Shown: positions 38,292-47,662 of the stretch, piece after piece
Numbering within the stretch: the stretch's first letter is position 1
Layout: the number at the start of each line of letters is the position of its first letter
Source: an uncultured Gemmatimonadales bacterium
Lineage (GTDB): Bacteria; Gemmatimonadota; Gemmatimonadetes; Gemmatimonadales; Gemmatimonadaceae
Assembly: GCA_963707505.1 (NCBI GenBank)
Contig: CAVPQB010000003.1
Span: 640,001-704,000 of the forward strand
DNA: 64,000 nucleotides
Direction of reading: 5' to 3'
Made by a program: the position numbers and the translations under genes
Notes under the pieces: model-generated
The model's database searches: none
What the model was told of the DNA's origin: nothing
Seen by the model: the letters and a program-made list of their open reading frames with translations, nothing else

Positions 38292-39836
38292 ATGTCTGAA
38301 TCTCTCAATGGTCAGCGGCGCGCCGATACGGACGCGGTCGCTACGAGTGCGCGCGCGGAGCTGAGACTACTCGTTGTCGAGTGCGACGACTCGCTCCGAG
38401 AGGGCTGCGTCGCCGTTCTACGGGGCGAGGGATATACCGTTACCGGCAGCTCGCGCGGTGATGAAGCGCTTCGGATGCTCCAGAAGCGGAAGTACGACAT
38501 AGTGCTCGTGAATCTGTTCATGAGTGGCGTTTCCGGGATGAAGATTCTGGAGGCGGCCCGGGATGCCCACAGTGACTCGCTGGTCATCCTCATGACCGGC
38601 AACCCGAGTGTCGAGACGAACATCCGGGCCCTTCAAGCGGGGGCCTGGGAATATCTGGCGATGCCATTCACGGCTGAGCAGCTGCAGCTTGTTGTAGGCC
38701 GTGCTGCACACCGCGTGCTAGAAGGTCGCGGCGCACCCGTCGTCGCCGCGGATGTGGTCACCGACGCCCCTGATGACGGCATGGCGTCGTTGATCGGAAT
38801 CTCGCCAGCGTTCTGTCGGGCTGTGGAGCTTGCACGGAAGGTTGCAAAGACCAACGCATCGGTCATGATCAGTGGTGAGAGCGGCACCGGCAAGGAAGGA
38901 ATTGCTCAGCTGATTCACAAGCAGAGCCGCCGCGCTGGCAAAAGGTTCGTGGCGATAAACTGCGCCGCGCTCCCCGCTCAACTGCTCGAATCCGAGATGT
39001 TCGGCCACAAGAAGGGGTCGTTCACGGGCGCCGATAGAGACAAGCCGGGATTGCTGGAGGTCGCGCACAACGGCTCTCTTTTTCTGGACGAACTGACCGA
39101 AATGCCTCTGGCCCTGCAGGCCAAGCTGCTCCGCGTGATTCAGGACGGAGTAGTGCGCCGGGTCGGTAGCGAGCAGGAAGACGCGACCGTCGACGTGCGC
39201 TTCATCTCGGCGACGAACCGGGACCCCAACGAGGCGGTTCGTACGCACGTTCTGCGAGACGACCTGTTCTATCGTCTGAGGGTGGTGCCGCTCCATCTTC
39301 CGCCGCTCAGGGAGAGACTGGAAGATGTGCCGCTTCTAGCGAACCACTTCCTGGTCCAGTACTGGCGCCGGCACCGTATTTCCGACGGCATTTGCCCATC
39401 GCTGTCCGCATCCGCGATCGACCTGCTCACGTCACTGGCTTGGCCGGGTAATGTGCGGGAACTTCAGAACCTCATGGAGCATCTGGCCGTGCTCGCGGAC
39501 GCGGGGTCGACGATTCAGGCCGACGACCTTCCGGCGCGCGGCGACGTCGCCGCTGCAAATAACGGCACACGCAGCTGGCCCGCGCATCTGATGTCCAAGG
39601 CCTATCACCCCGCCAAGGAAGCCGTACTCGCGCACTTCGAGAAGGAATATCTCTCCTCGCTCGTCGCTCGCGCCGAGCGCAACATGTCGAAGGCCGCAAG
39701 ACTCGCTGGGATCGACAGAACGACGTTGTACCGGCTTCTGGACAAGCATTCGATCGATGCCGGCTCCAGGCCGATTCCGGCGGTGACAATCGACACCGCC
39801 GAGGTCCCACCCGAACGGGCGCGACTGGCGGACTAG
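38292..39836 (+). CDS. sigma-54-dependent enhancer-binding regulator (NtrC family) with a degenerate receiver domain
   Basis: REC-like N-terminus; GESGTGKE, ESEMFGHKKGSFTGA, LFLDE, DLFYRL and WPGNVREL; Fis-type HTH NMSKAARLAGIDRTTLYR. Confidence 0.93.
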   Translation: MSESLNGQRRADTDAVATSARAELRLLVVECDDSLREGCVAVLRGEGYTVTGSSRGDEALRMLQKRKYDIVLVNLFMSGVSGMKILEAARDAHSDSLVILMTGNPSVETNIRALQAGAWEYLAMPFTAEQLQLVVGRAAHRVLEGRGAPVVAADVVTDAPDDGMASLIGISPAFCRAVELARKVAKTNASVMISGESGTGKEGIAQLIHKQSRRAGKRFVAINCAALPAQLLESEMFGHKKGSFTGADRDKPGLLEVAHNGSLFLDELTEMPLALQAKLLRVIQDGVVRRVGSEQEDATVDVRFISATNRDPNEAVRTHVLRDDLFYRLRVVPLHLPPLRERLEDVPLLANHFLVQYWRRHRISDGICPSLSASAIDLLTSLAWPGNVRELQNLMEHLAVLADAGSTIQADDLPARGDVAAANNGTRSWPAHLMSKAYHPAKEAVLAHFEKEYLSSLVARAERNMSKAARLAGIDRTTLYRLLDKHSIDAGSRPIPAVTIDTAEVPPERARLAD

Positions 39837-39875
39837 CGGGCTGGTCGCTGTAATTCCCCACGAAAGGGAACACCG

Positions 39876-39945
39876 CTCTGGCCGTCATTCCCGCGAAAGC
39901 GGGAATCCATCTCTGGCCGTCATTCCCGCGAAAGCGGGAATCCAT
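39876..39945. repeat. two perfect tandem 35-bp REP-like units
   Basis: CTCTGGCCGTCATTCCCGCGAAAGCGGGAATCCAT twice; a degenerate partial unit lies at about 39853-39870. Confidence 0.9.
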
Positions 39946-39978
39946 GTTAGCGGGCTTCAGTTCGGTGCGTGACCACGC

Positions 39979-39994
39979 TGGAACAGACGTTGCA
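39979..39994 (+). promoter_or_regulatory. possible sigma-54 promoter of wzm-wzt (alternatively one arm of a hairpin)
   Basis: TGGAACAGACGTTGCA fits GG-N10-GC with TTGCA, but GGAACAGAC also pairs with the downstream GTCTGTTCC. Confidence 0.45.
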
Positions 39995-40098
39995 AGCATG
40001 TCTGTTCCTGTATCAGCCAAGGCAGGTTCACACAGTGCTCGGGTTCAATTGCAACGACTGATTTTCCACTTTCGGGGCGGGCACATTCTGACGATTAA

Positions 40099-40947
40099 AT
40101 GCTCGCAGCTTTAAGGAACGCGACGACAGAGGTCTGGGACCACAGAGACCTTCTCGAGCAGTTGGCACTCCGCGACATCAAGCTTCGCTACAAACAGGCC
40201 GCGATGGGCTTCATGTGGGCCGTATTCATGCCGTGCCTGATCGTCCTATCCGGACTCATCATCAGGTACGCGATGGCGCGGATCGCCGGACAGACGCTCG
40301 TGGCGTCCGACGTCGCAAACATTGCCGTCAAGGGAGTGGGCTGGGCTTTTTTTGTTGGTGCGCTCGGGTTCGCAACGGCAAGTCTGGTTGGGAACTCGTC
40401 ACTCGTCACGAAGATCTACTTTCCGCGCGAGGTGCTACCGCTTTCAGCGGTCGCGGCGCAGAGCTTCGACACCGCGATCGGGCTGGGAACGCTGCTGGTG
40501 CTCCTTCCATTTCTTGGAGTAAGAGTACACATGAGCCTCCTCTGGGTGCCGGCGCTTCTCGCGCTTCTCGTATTGTTCACAACAGCTGCGTCGCTGTTTC
40601 TCAGCTGCGCCAATCTGTTTTATCGCGACGTCAAGTACATCGTTCAGATAGTATTGATGTTCGGGATCTTCTTCACGCCGGTGTTCTTCGAGCCGTCGAT
40701 GCTGGGCACGCGCGGTGCGCATCTCGCGATGTTGAATCCCATGACCGGGATTCTGGAGGGCCTGCGGATCAGCATCGTAGCTGGCCAGGATCTGTCACGT
40801 CCGATCACGACACTGGTGCACGGTGTGGTGACACCGGTGTGGGAGCCGTGGGAGCTCGTCTATTCTGCGATCTGGGCAGTTGGCGGACTTCTCGGCGCCA
40901 CGACGATGTTCCGGCGCCTGCAACCGTTATTCGCTGAATTCATATAG
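40099..40947 (+). CDS. wzm: ABC-2 polysaccharide exporter permease Wzm
   Basis: RDIKLRYKQAAMGFMW, LVTKIYFPRE, YRDV, TPV and NP; six TM helices. Confidence 0.92.
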   Translation: MLAALRNATTEVWDHRDLLEQLALRDIKLRYKQAAMGFMWAVFMPCLIVLSGLIIRYAMARIAGQTLVASDVANIAVKGVGWAFFVGALGFATASLVGNSSLVTKIYFPREVLPLSAVAAQSFDTAIGLGTLLVLLPFLGVRVHMSLLWVPALLALLVLFTTAASLFLSCANLFYRDVKYIVQIVLMFGIFFTPVFFEPSMLGTRGAHLAMLNPMTGILEGLRISIVAGQDLSRPITTLVHGVVTPVWEPWELVYSAIWAVGGLLGATTMFRRLQPLFAEFI

Positions 40948-40951
40948 TACG

Positions 40952-42184
40952 ATGACAGATACATCAGTCCAGATCGAGTCGCTCTGGAAGAAGTTTCGCC
41001 GCGGCGAGCGTCACGACAGCATCCGGGATCTCGTTCCGGCTGCGTTCAGGCGAATGTTGCACGGTGCGCCGCCCGGGCAAGATCTGCGTGATGACGACTT
41101 CTGGGCGCTGCAGGACATCTCGTTTTCCGTGGCGCGCGGCGAGGCCGTGGGGATCATCGGTCACAACGGCGCTGGCAAGTCCACTCTTCTCAAGATTCTC
41201 ACGCGGCTTCTGCAACCGACGCGAGGATCGTATTCGACCAACGGACGGATCGGCGCGCTGATCGAAGTGACGGCGGGATTCCATCAGGACCTGACGGGGC
41301 GCGAAAATGTGTTCCTCAATGGCGCGATAATCGGGATGCGCAAGGCGGAAATCGCGCGGCGCTTCGACGCAATCGTCGAGTTTTCAGGGATCGGTGAATT
41401 CATCGATACACCTGTAAAGCGCTACAGCTCCGGAATGAACGCGCGGCTTGGATTCTCGATCGCGGCGCACCTTGACCCGGAGATTCTCATCGTCGACGAA
41501 GTGCTCTCGGTAGGCGATTACACGTTCCAGGGAAAGTGCGTTCAGTGGATGCAGGAGACTCTTCGGAACGGAACCACGGTGATCTTCGTGTCACACAACA
41601 TGGACGCGGTTCTATCGCTGTGCGATCGTGCGCTGCTGCTGAATCACGGAAAGGTGCTCGCACAGGGCAAGACGGTGGATGTCATCGGCGAATACTATCG
41701 CGGCGGGGCCGGCTATTTCGTGGAGCTGCGGCCGGACGTTTTTGCAAGGACTACCGCATTCAGCTCGACGCACGACGAGACGAACATTGTCGACCCGGGT
41801 GAGCGCGTGACGTACACGCATACCGTGGTGGCGGATCGCGACTGCGAGATCTCGCCGGGCTTGCAGATTCGTCGAGAGAACCGCGCTGTAGTGCGAAGCA
41901 GTTACGCGCGCATGCGTGGCGAGCCGCTACGGCTCGCGAAGGGCGAGAGCATGACGCTGGACTGGAGTCTCTTCTACAATTTTCCAGCTGGCGCATATAC
42001 TGTCAGCTATTTCATCGAAGATGCGCAGGGCGGCTATCACGACTTCATGAACGGCGCACGCATCGTGATCGTCGGCGACGATCCGAAGGTGAAATCGGAG
42101 TGTTACGTCGGAATGTCGCTCGAGCAGGAGTCGGAGCGTAGCCTCGCCGGTGGAAGCAAGTTGAAACTCATCGGCCGCCGTTGA
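40952..42184 (+). CDS. wzt: ABC polysaccharide exporter ATPase Wzt with a C-terminal domain
   Basis: FWALQDISF, GHNGAGKST, LTGRENV, YSSGMNARLGF, VDEVLSVGD and VSH; extra C-terminal domain of about 150 aa. Confidence 0.93.
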   Translation: MTDTSVQIESLWKKFRRGERHDSIRDLVPAAFRRMLHGAPPGQDLRDDDFWALQDISFSVARGEAVGIIGHNGAGKSTLLKILTRLLQPTRGSYSTNGRIGALIEVTAGFHQDLTGRENVFLNGAIIGMRKAEIARRFDAIVEFSGIGEFIDTPVKRYSSGMNARLGFSIAAHLDPEILIVDEVLSVGDYTFQGKCVQWMQETLRNGTTVIFVSHNMDAVLSLCDRALLLNHGKVLAQGKTVDVIGEYYRGGAGYFVELRPDVFARTTAFSSTHDETNIVDPGERVTYTHTVVADRDCEISPGLQIRRENRAVVRSSYARMRGEPLRLAKGESMTLDWSLFYNFPAGAYTVSYFIEDAQGGYHDFMNGARIVIVGDDPKVKSECYVGMSLEQESERSLAGGSKLKLIGRR

Positions 42185-43121
42185 CGCCGAGCGGCGGCTT
42201 GCGGCGCGCGCGGTAGGCACGGTACGCACGTATTGCGTCCACGAGTCGGCGTGGGATTCGGGACCTGAGCGCCCACTTTCTGCGTAGGGGGCCCGGGAGA
42301 CCCGGGACGAGCTGCGACAGCTCGACCAGGCGACGAAGCCAGGCAGTCTGATCCGTATCCCACGCATCCTGGACATCGCGCGTCCAGCGCGTTCTGAAGA
42401 GCGCGGCCAGCTCGGATGCCAGCTCCGTCTCGCCGGCATTTTCGACCTGGCGCAACATCCTGCTGCGGGACCGGTACGTCGCTTCCAACTGTCGTGTGAG
42501 ACTGCCGCTGAGCTGCGCGTCATGCCAACGCCAGTTTGCCGTTACTTCGCGCGATGCGACGAACCTGTAACGCCGCGCGAGTCTGAGCCAGACGTCGAAG
42601 TCCACCGCGAATCGTTCGGATTCGTCGAAGCTGCCCGCGGCGATGATCGCATCGCGTCGCGTGATGGTCGTGATGGACGGAACGATCCAGTCTCGGAATG
42701 CATTCTGGAAAACGTCCGACGGAGGACCGTCCGGCACATTGCAGTACCAGGTTCCCGATGCGGTTCCGACGCGGCGCACCGCGGAGCTCGCCACGGCCGC
42801 GTCGGGATAGCGGTCGAGGAGTGCGGCCACGACTTCGAGATGATTCGGCTCCCAGTAATCGTCAGAATCGAGCCAGGCGATCGCTTCGCCTGAGGCGGCC
42901 TGAATACCCGCGTTACGAGCTGCAGCGCTGCCGCGATTGACCTGCATTCGCACGACGCGCGCTCCAGCACGCTCCGCGAGTCGCACCGAATCATCGGTCG
43001 ATGCGTCGTCCACCACAATGACTTCGGAGGGCGGACGCGTTTGTGCGAACGCGGACGCAACGGCTTCCGCAATCGTGCGCTCGCGATTGTAGCACGGGAT
43101 CACGACCGAAACCGTAATCAC
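42168..43121 (-). CDS. glycosyltransferase family 2
   Basis: SVVIPCYN, VVDDASTD, AARNAG and LDSDD. Confidence 0.92.
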   Translation of the reverse strand: MITVSVVIPCYNRERTIAEAVASAFAQTRPPSEVIVVDDASTDDSVRLAERAGARVVRMQVNRGSAAARNAGIQAASGEAIAWLDSDDYWEPNHLEVVAALLDRYPDAAVASSAVRRVGTASGTWYCNVPDGPPSDVFQNAFRDWIVPSITTITRRDAIIAAGSFDESERFAVDFDVWLRLARRYRFVASREVTANWRWHDAQLSGSLTRQLEATYRSRSRMLRQVENAGETELASELAALFRTRWTRDVQDAWDTDQTAWLRRLVELSQLVPGLPGPLRRKWALRSRIPRRLVDAIRAYRAYRARRKPPLGVNGGR

Positions 43122-43142
43122 GCTGGATTGCCGGCGAGCGTA

Positions 43143-43640
43143 TCATGCTGCGGTGCGCTTGCGGCGCAGCGAAGGCTTCCGTCGCTCCCTGTACGCGCGG
43201 ACCACCTCGACGACAGAGGCCGGAATGCGGGATCGCGGCGCCCATTTTCGCGTCGATGCGCCAGGGATATCCGGAACAATCGACCCGAGTTCGACCGGGC
43301 GCCGGAGCCAACTACCCTGCCCCCTGTCCGAGGCAGTGTGCACGTCGGCGTTCCAGCGCTTTCGGAAGAGCGCTTCCAACTCTTCCGCGATGTCATGCTG
43401 ACCATCGCGGCGTACGTCGTCCAGGGTGCGTTTGCGAAAACGATATGTGGCCGCCCATTGCTTCTCGGGGTACTTGATGAGCTGTGCATCGAAGTCGACG
43501 GAATATCGCTCCGATTCGTCGAACCGACCAAGTGGCACACCGGTTTCGAGATGGTTCAGCTCCCAGTAGTCGTCAGAATCGAGCCAGGTGATCGCCTCAC
43601 CAGATGCAGTGTGCATGCCGGGGTTCCGGGCGGCGGGCTC
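43143..43640 (-). pseudogene. internally deleted paralog of the adjacent GT2
   Basis: Keeps AARN.G...GEAI.WLDSDDYWE.NHLE, FDESER..VDFD and the C-terminal third; lacks the N-terminal SVVIP/VDD region and two internal blocks. Confidence 0.75.
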
Positions 43641-43829
43641 GCCAGGCGAGCAACTTGCAACCAACCCACCGGGTGCGATCGCGGCCGCGTGATGCGCGGT
43701 CGCATGGAGGGCGTGCTGGGACGCAGAGAGCATGACCCCGCAGGACGCCCGGCGCTGAGGCGTCGTCGCCCCCCACACCCGCCGCTCGCGAATGAGCGCG
43801 GATTCAGTCACTAACCAGTCTTTCTATTT

Positions 43830-44861
43830 GTGTTGATGCAGCAAGACAATCAGGATATCGACATCTCCGTTGTCGTATGCACGTTCAATCGTGGAGCGAT
43901 GTTGCGACCCGCGCTCGAAAGTCTTGCGCGTCAGACGACGGATAGTTCGCGCTTCGAAGTCCTTCTGGTGGACAACAACTCGAGCGACGGTACGCGCGAC
44001 ATCATCAAAGACTTCATCGATGGACGCGAAAACTGGTTCTATGTGTTCGAGCCGCGTCAGGGACTGTCGTACGCGCGGAATACGGGAGTTGCGCACGCGC
44101 GCGCACAGATCGTTGCATTTACCGACGACGACGTGCGTGTCGCGCACGACTGGATCGCACAGATCACGCGCTCACTCGGCGAACATCCGGAGGTGGATTT
44201 CGTCGGCGGCAAGGTGCATCCGCGATGGGACTCGCCTCCGCCGGAATGGCTGACGAAGGCGCACTGGATTCCACTTGCGATCGTGGATCACGGCGATGAT
44301 GCGTTCCATGTGGACAGCGCAAAGCCCTGGTGCATGGTGGGAGCGAATCTCGCCGTGCGGAGACAGGTGCTGCTCGACACTGGTGGCTTCAGTCCGGATT
44401 TTCAGCGAGTAAAGGACGTCGTGGGATCGACGGAAGATCACGAGTTTCAGCGCCGTCTGTGGAAGTCAGGACGACGCGGATTGTACGCTCCAACTATCGT
44501 CGTCGAAGCGGAGGTACAGCGCGATCGCCTCGAGAAATCGTACCATCGGCGGTGGCATGCTGGACACGGCCGTTTCTGCGCGATGATGGGCACTGAGCGC
44601 ATCAGTGACGACATGCCGGAATTGTTCGGAGTTCCCGCGTGCTTCATACGAGACATTCTCACTCACGCAGCTGCATGGTCGCAAAACATATGTAACGGCC
44701 ACGCAGACGTTGCATTTCTGCATGAGAGCAAGATCCGCTTCCTGATCAGTTATCTCCGCACATACCGCGAAATGCTTCCAGAATCGCGCAGATCAGCTGT
44801 ACTATTGCGAACAGTGCGTGGAGTGCGCGAGCTCACGCGTAGAAAAGCTCGCAGCATCTAG
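43830..44861 (+). CDS. glycosyltransferase family 2
   Basis: SVVVCTFNR, VDNNSSD, GLSYARNTG, FTDDD, GANLA and ED. Confidence 0.92.
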   Translation: MLMQQDNQDIDISVVVCTFNRGAMLRPALESLARQTTDSSRFEVLLVDNNSSDGTRDIIKDFIDGRENWFYVFEPRQGLSYARNTGVAHARAQIVAFTDDDVRVAHDWIAQITRSLGEHPEVDFVGGKVHPRWDSPPPEWLTKAHWIPLAIVDHGDDAFHVDSAKPWCMVGANLAVRRQVLLDTGGFSPDFQRVKDVVGSTEDHEFQRRLWKSGRRGLYAPTIVVEAEVQRDRLEKSYHRRWHAGHGRFCAMMGTERISDDMPELFGVPACFIRDILTHAAAWSQNICNGHADVAFLHESKIRFLISYLRTYREMLPESRRSAVLLRTVRGVRELTRRKARSI

Positions 44862-45011
44862 CCATATGTATCGTGCGTGCTGCTGTATGTAATCATCTGT
44901 GCAGCAGTTGTGTACGTTTTCGCGCAAGTAGCGACTGGTCGCGCATTACGTGCTGTTCGATCGGGTGCGATGACCGATCCGGGTACGTGCCTTGCCTTAC
45001 CGGTGCGCATA

Positions 45012-46076
45012 ATGCACTTCCAGGGCACAACAGCACCACTGATTTCGGTCATCGTCCCAGCACACAACTGTGAAGCCTATCTGGGGAAAGCGATCGCATC
45101 GCTCTCCGCGCAGACAATTGCAGACCTCGAGATCATAATCATCGATGACGGATCCACGGACGGTACGGCTCGCATAGCGGCTGAGTGCGCCGAGCGGGAT
45201 GCGCGAATTCGCATCATATCGTGCAGCGCGGCGTCGGGGAAACCTGCGTGTGCACGGAACCAGGGATTGAAGGTCGCGCGTGGACGATACATAGCGCTGC
45301 TCGATGCAGATGACATCGCAATGCCGCGGCGCTTCGAGTCATCGATTGCCGCAATGCAGCGAACCGGCGCCCGGTTCGCATTCGCCGACTACAAGAAGCT
45401 TCACCAGGGCACGGGTGAGATCGACAGTAGCGGATTTCTCGCATCCAAGTCTCTACTCGAGCGAGCAGCTGGATATCTGCAGCGCGTGAGTGACAACATC
45501 TACCTCTGCAGTCCCAACTTCTCGGCATTCCTTCTGACGTTCACCGCGGTGCACACGCCCACCGTTGTGTTCGAGCGATCTTTGCTGTCGGGGAGCATCG
45601 CCGGGTTCAACGAGTCGCTCGTGTGTTTCGAGGATGTGGATCTCTGGTTTCGCCTTGCGCAGTACACTCGTTTCGTGTTCGTGAACGAAGTACACGCACT
45701 GTATAGGAGGCACCAGGAGAGCCTGACGGCATCGAAGCCGGTGCCGACCAAGCTGGATGGGATCGGCGTGCGCAGGGCGCATCTCAAACGGCTGCTCCCG
45801 ACGCTGACGCGGCACGAGGTTGCCGTTGCGCGACAGACGATTGCAGATCTCCTGTGGGACGTATCGTACACCAACTGGTGCCGCGGTCACCTCGGCCGCG
45901 CGCGCGACGGATTCAGGGAAAGCTGGACCACAAAGCCATCGCTACGTGCGGCGACGGGTTACTTCAAGGCGTTCGTCAACCGCGATGCCGTCGTCACAGC
46001 GATGGGTATGTTGTCACCGGGTCACGCCGGCTGGGGCAGCACTTACGAGGGCAGGCAGCTTTCGTTCAGAGCGTAG
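45012..46076 (+). CDS. glycosyltransferase family 2
   Basis: ISVIVPAHN, IDDGSTD, ARNQG, LDADD and EDVDLW; start uncertain (the ORF is open from 44877). Confidence 0.9.
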   Translation: MHFQGTTAPLISVIVPAHNCEAYLGKAIASLSAQTIADLEIIIIDDGSTDGTARIAAECAERDARIRIISCSAASGKPACARNQGLKVARGRYIALLDADDIAMPRRFESSIAAMQRTGARFAFADYKKLHQGTGEIDSSGFLASKSLLERAAGYLQRVSDNIYLCSPNFSAFLLTFTAVHTPTVVFERSLLSGSIAGFNESLVCFEDVDLWFRLAQYTRFVFVNEVHALYRRHQESLTASKPVPTKLDGIGVRRAHLKRLLPTLTRHEVAVARQTIADLLWDVSYTNWCRGHLGRARDGFRESWTTKPSLRAATGYFKAFVNRDAVVTAMGMLSPGHAGWGSTYEGRQLSFRA

Positions 46077-46084
46077 CGTACCGG

Positions 46085-47641
46085 TCAAAGCGCGCCACGA
46101 ATCGTGTTTCGGAAGGTCCTCACACGATCCGGGAATATCAACAATACCGCACCGGTATATGTGGCGGCCCCGATCGCGATCTCGATCCCAAGCCTGAGCA
46201 AACGCGGGTAATCCGCGGGAAGCAGGTAGAGCGCAGCGCCCACGCATACCGACATGATCGTTACGCTGACCGTCGCAGCGCGTAACGCCGCAAAGTATTC
46301 CGACGCCGGCGCTATCAGCTTGAACGTGAGCCACCAGAGTGGAATCGCGCTCAGGGGATACAGAACGACCCACGCACCCGCGATGCCGATGATGCCGTAT
46401 CGCGATGCGAAGAAGAAAACACCAGGGTACACGACTGCGAGCGTGATGGAATACCACATGAGGAAGCGCGTGCGCCGCATGACTGTGAGCGCCGGCGTGA
46501 GGATCGGCATGATGGATCGTATCGTCGTGTACGCCGCAAGCAGCCGCAGCGGGACGATCGCAGGAGCCCACCGATCACCGAACACCGCGTGCACCAGATC
46601 GTCAGCAACGAGCGCGGCGCCGATCGAGAACGGGAACGCGACGAGCGAGATTCCCTCGGTGAGTCCGAGCACATAACGTTTGAGCTGTGAAACATCGCTC
46701 TGCACCGACGCGAATATGCCCGGTGCGACACTGCCGATCATCGCCGTGACTTTTTCCACCGGTAGATTGATCAGCGTCCAGGCAAAGTCGTAAGCACCCA
46801 GAGAAGCGCGGCCCAGCATTCGGCCAGCGACGAGGAAATCCGAGTTCGAGTAGACGAACCACGACACTCTCGATACCAGTACGTCGCGGCTGAATGAGAC
46901 AGCGGTTTCTATCGTTGCAAACCTGGGGATCGCAAATTTTCGGGGGCGGCGCGCAACTGTGAGCGCTGTCGCCAGAAACACTCCACCGACCTCGCTGAGC
47001 ACCAGCGCCCAGTAATGCAGGCCGTACACGGCAAGCGTTATGGCTGCCGCCGCTGCGAGCACTGCACGTGCAGAGTCAATCGCCGCAATGTCACGAAATT
47101 GCAGCTCACGCTGCAGAAGACTGTTCGGGACGGAACGAAACGAGCCCACAACGTACGACGTGCTGAGCACGAGCACTACCGAAACAAGCTGCGGACTGTG
47201 AAAGAAGAGCGCCAGCGGCCGGGCAACTGCGCACGACAATACAAACATCGCAATGCCGACGCCGAGTGAGAGCGTGTTGAGCTGCTCGATCGAATCATCG
47301 CTCAGATCGTGCAGCGTGATGATTGCAGCGCCGATCCCGAACTCGGAAACAAGCGACACCAGGCCCAGGTAAACTGCGGCCATTCCGACCAGGCCGTAGT
47401 CATCCGGAGTAAGAAGACGGGCAACGATGATGGTCGAAGCCCACGTAACGATCTGCGTTGCCCACTTCGCGCCGGCCGTCCACGCGATTCCGTGTACCAG
47501 CGCCCGATCAGCATTGGCAGGGACAGCTGCTGCCGCTACGGCCGGAAATTCCGGGGGGGTTCGCGTAAATTCGACCGGCGAACCGGGAAACTGAGACGGA
47601 CTGGAATTCAGTGCGGAGATCCTGTGGGTGACGAAAGACAA
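46085..47641 (-). CDS. wzx: Wzx flippase (WzxC-like)
   Basis: ARLLTPDDYGLVG, EFGIGAAII, LQRELQF, WALV and LGAY; multiple TM helices; start uncertain. Confidence 0.9.
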   Translation of the reverse strand: MSFVTHRISALNSSPSQFPGSPVEFTRTPPEFPAVAAAAVPANADRALVHGIAWTAGAKWATQIVTWASTIIVARLLTPDDYGLVGMAAVYLGLVSLVSEFGIGAAIITLHDLSDDSIEQLNTLSLGVGIAMFVLSCAVARPLALFFHSPQLVSVVLVLSTSYVVGSFRSVPNSLLQRELQFRDIAAIDSARAVLAAAAAITLAVYGLHYWALVLSEVGGVFLATALTVARRPRKFAIPRFATIETAVSFSRDVLVSRVSWFVYSNSDFLVAGRMLGRASLGAYDFAWTLINLPVEKVTAMIGSVAPGIFASVQSDVSQLKRYVLGLTEGISLVAFPFSIGAALVADDLVHAVFGDRWAPAIVPLRLLAAYTTIRSIMPILTPALTVMRRTRFLMWYSITLAVVYPGVFFFASRYGIIGIAGAWVVLYPLSAIPLWWLTFKLIAPASEYFAALRAATVSVTIMSVCVGAALYLLPADYPRLLRLGIEIAIGAATYTGAVLLIFPDRVRTFRNTIRGAL

Positions 47642-47662
47642 GAGAGGGCTAAAACTGACTAA

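Noticed and set aside
39853..39945. CRISPR array
   Set aside because: The units abut without unique spacers, there are only two full copies, and no cas genes are present.
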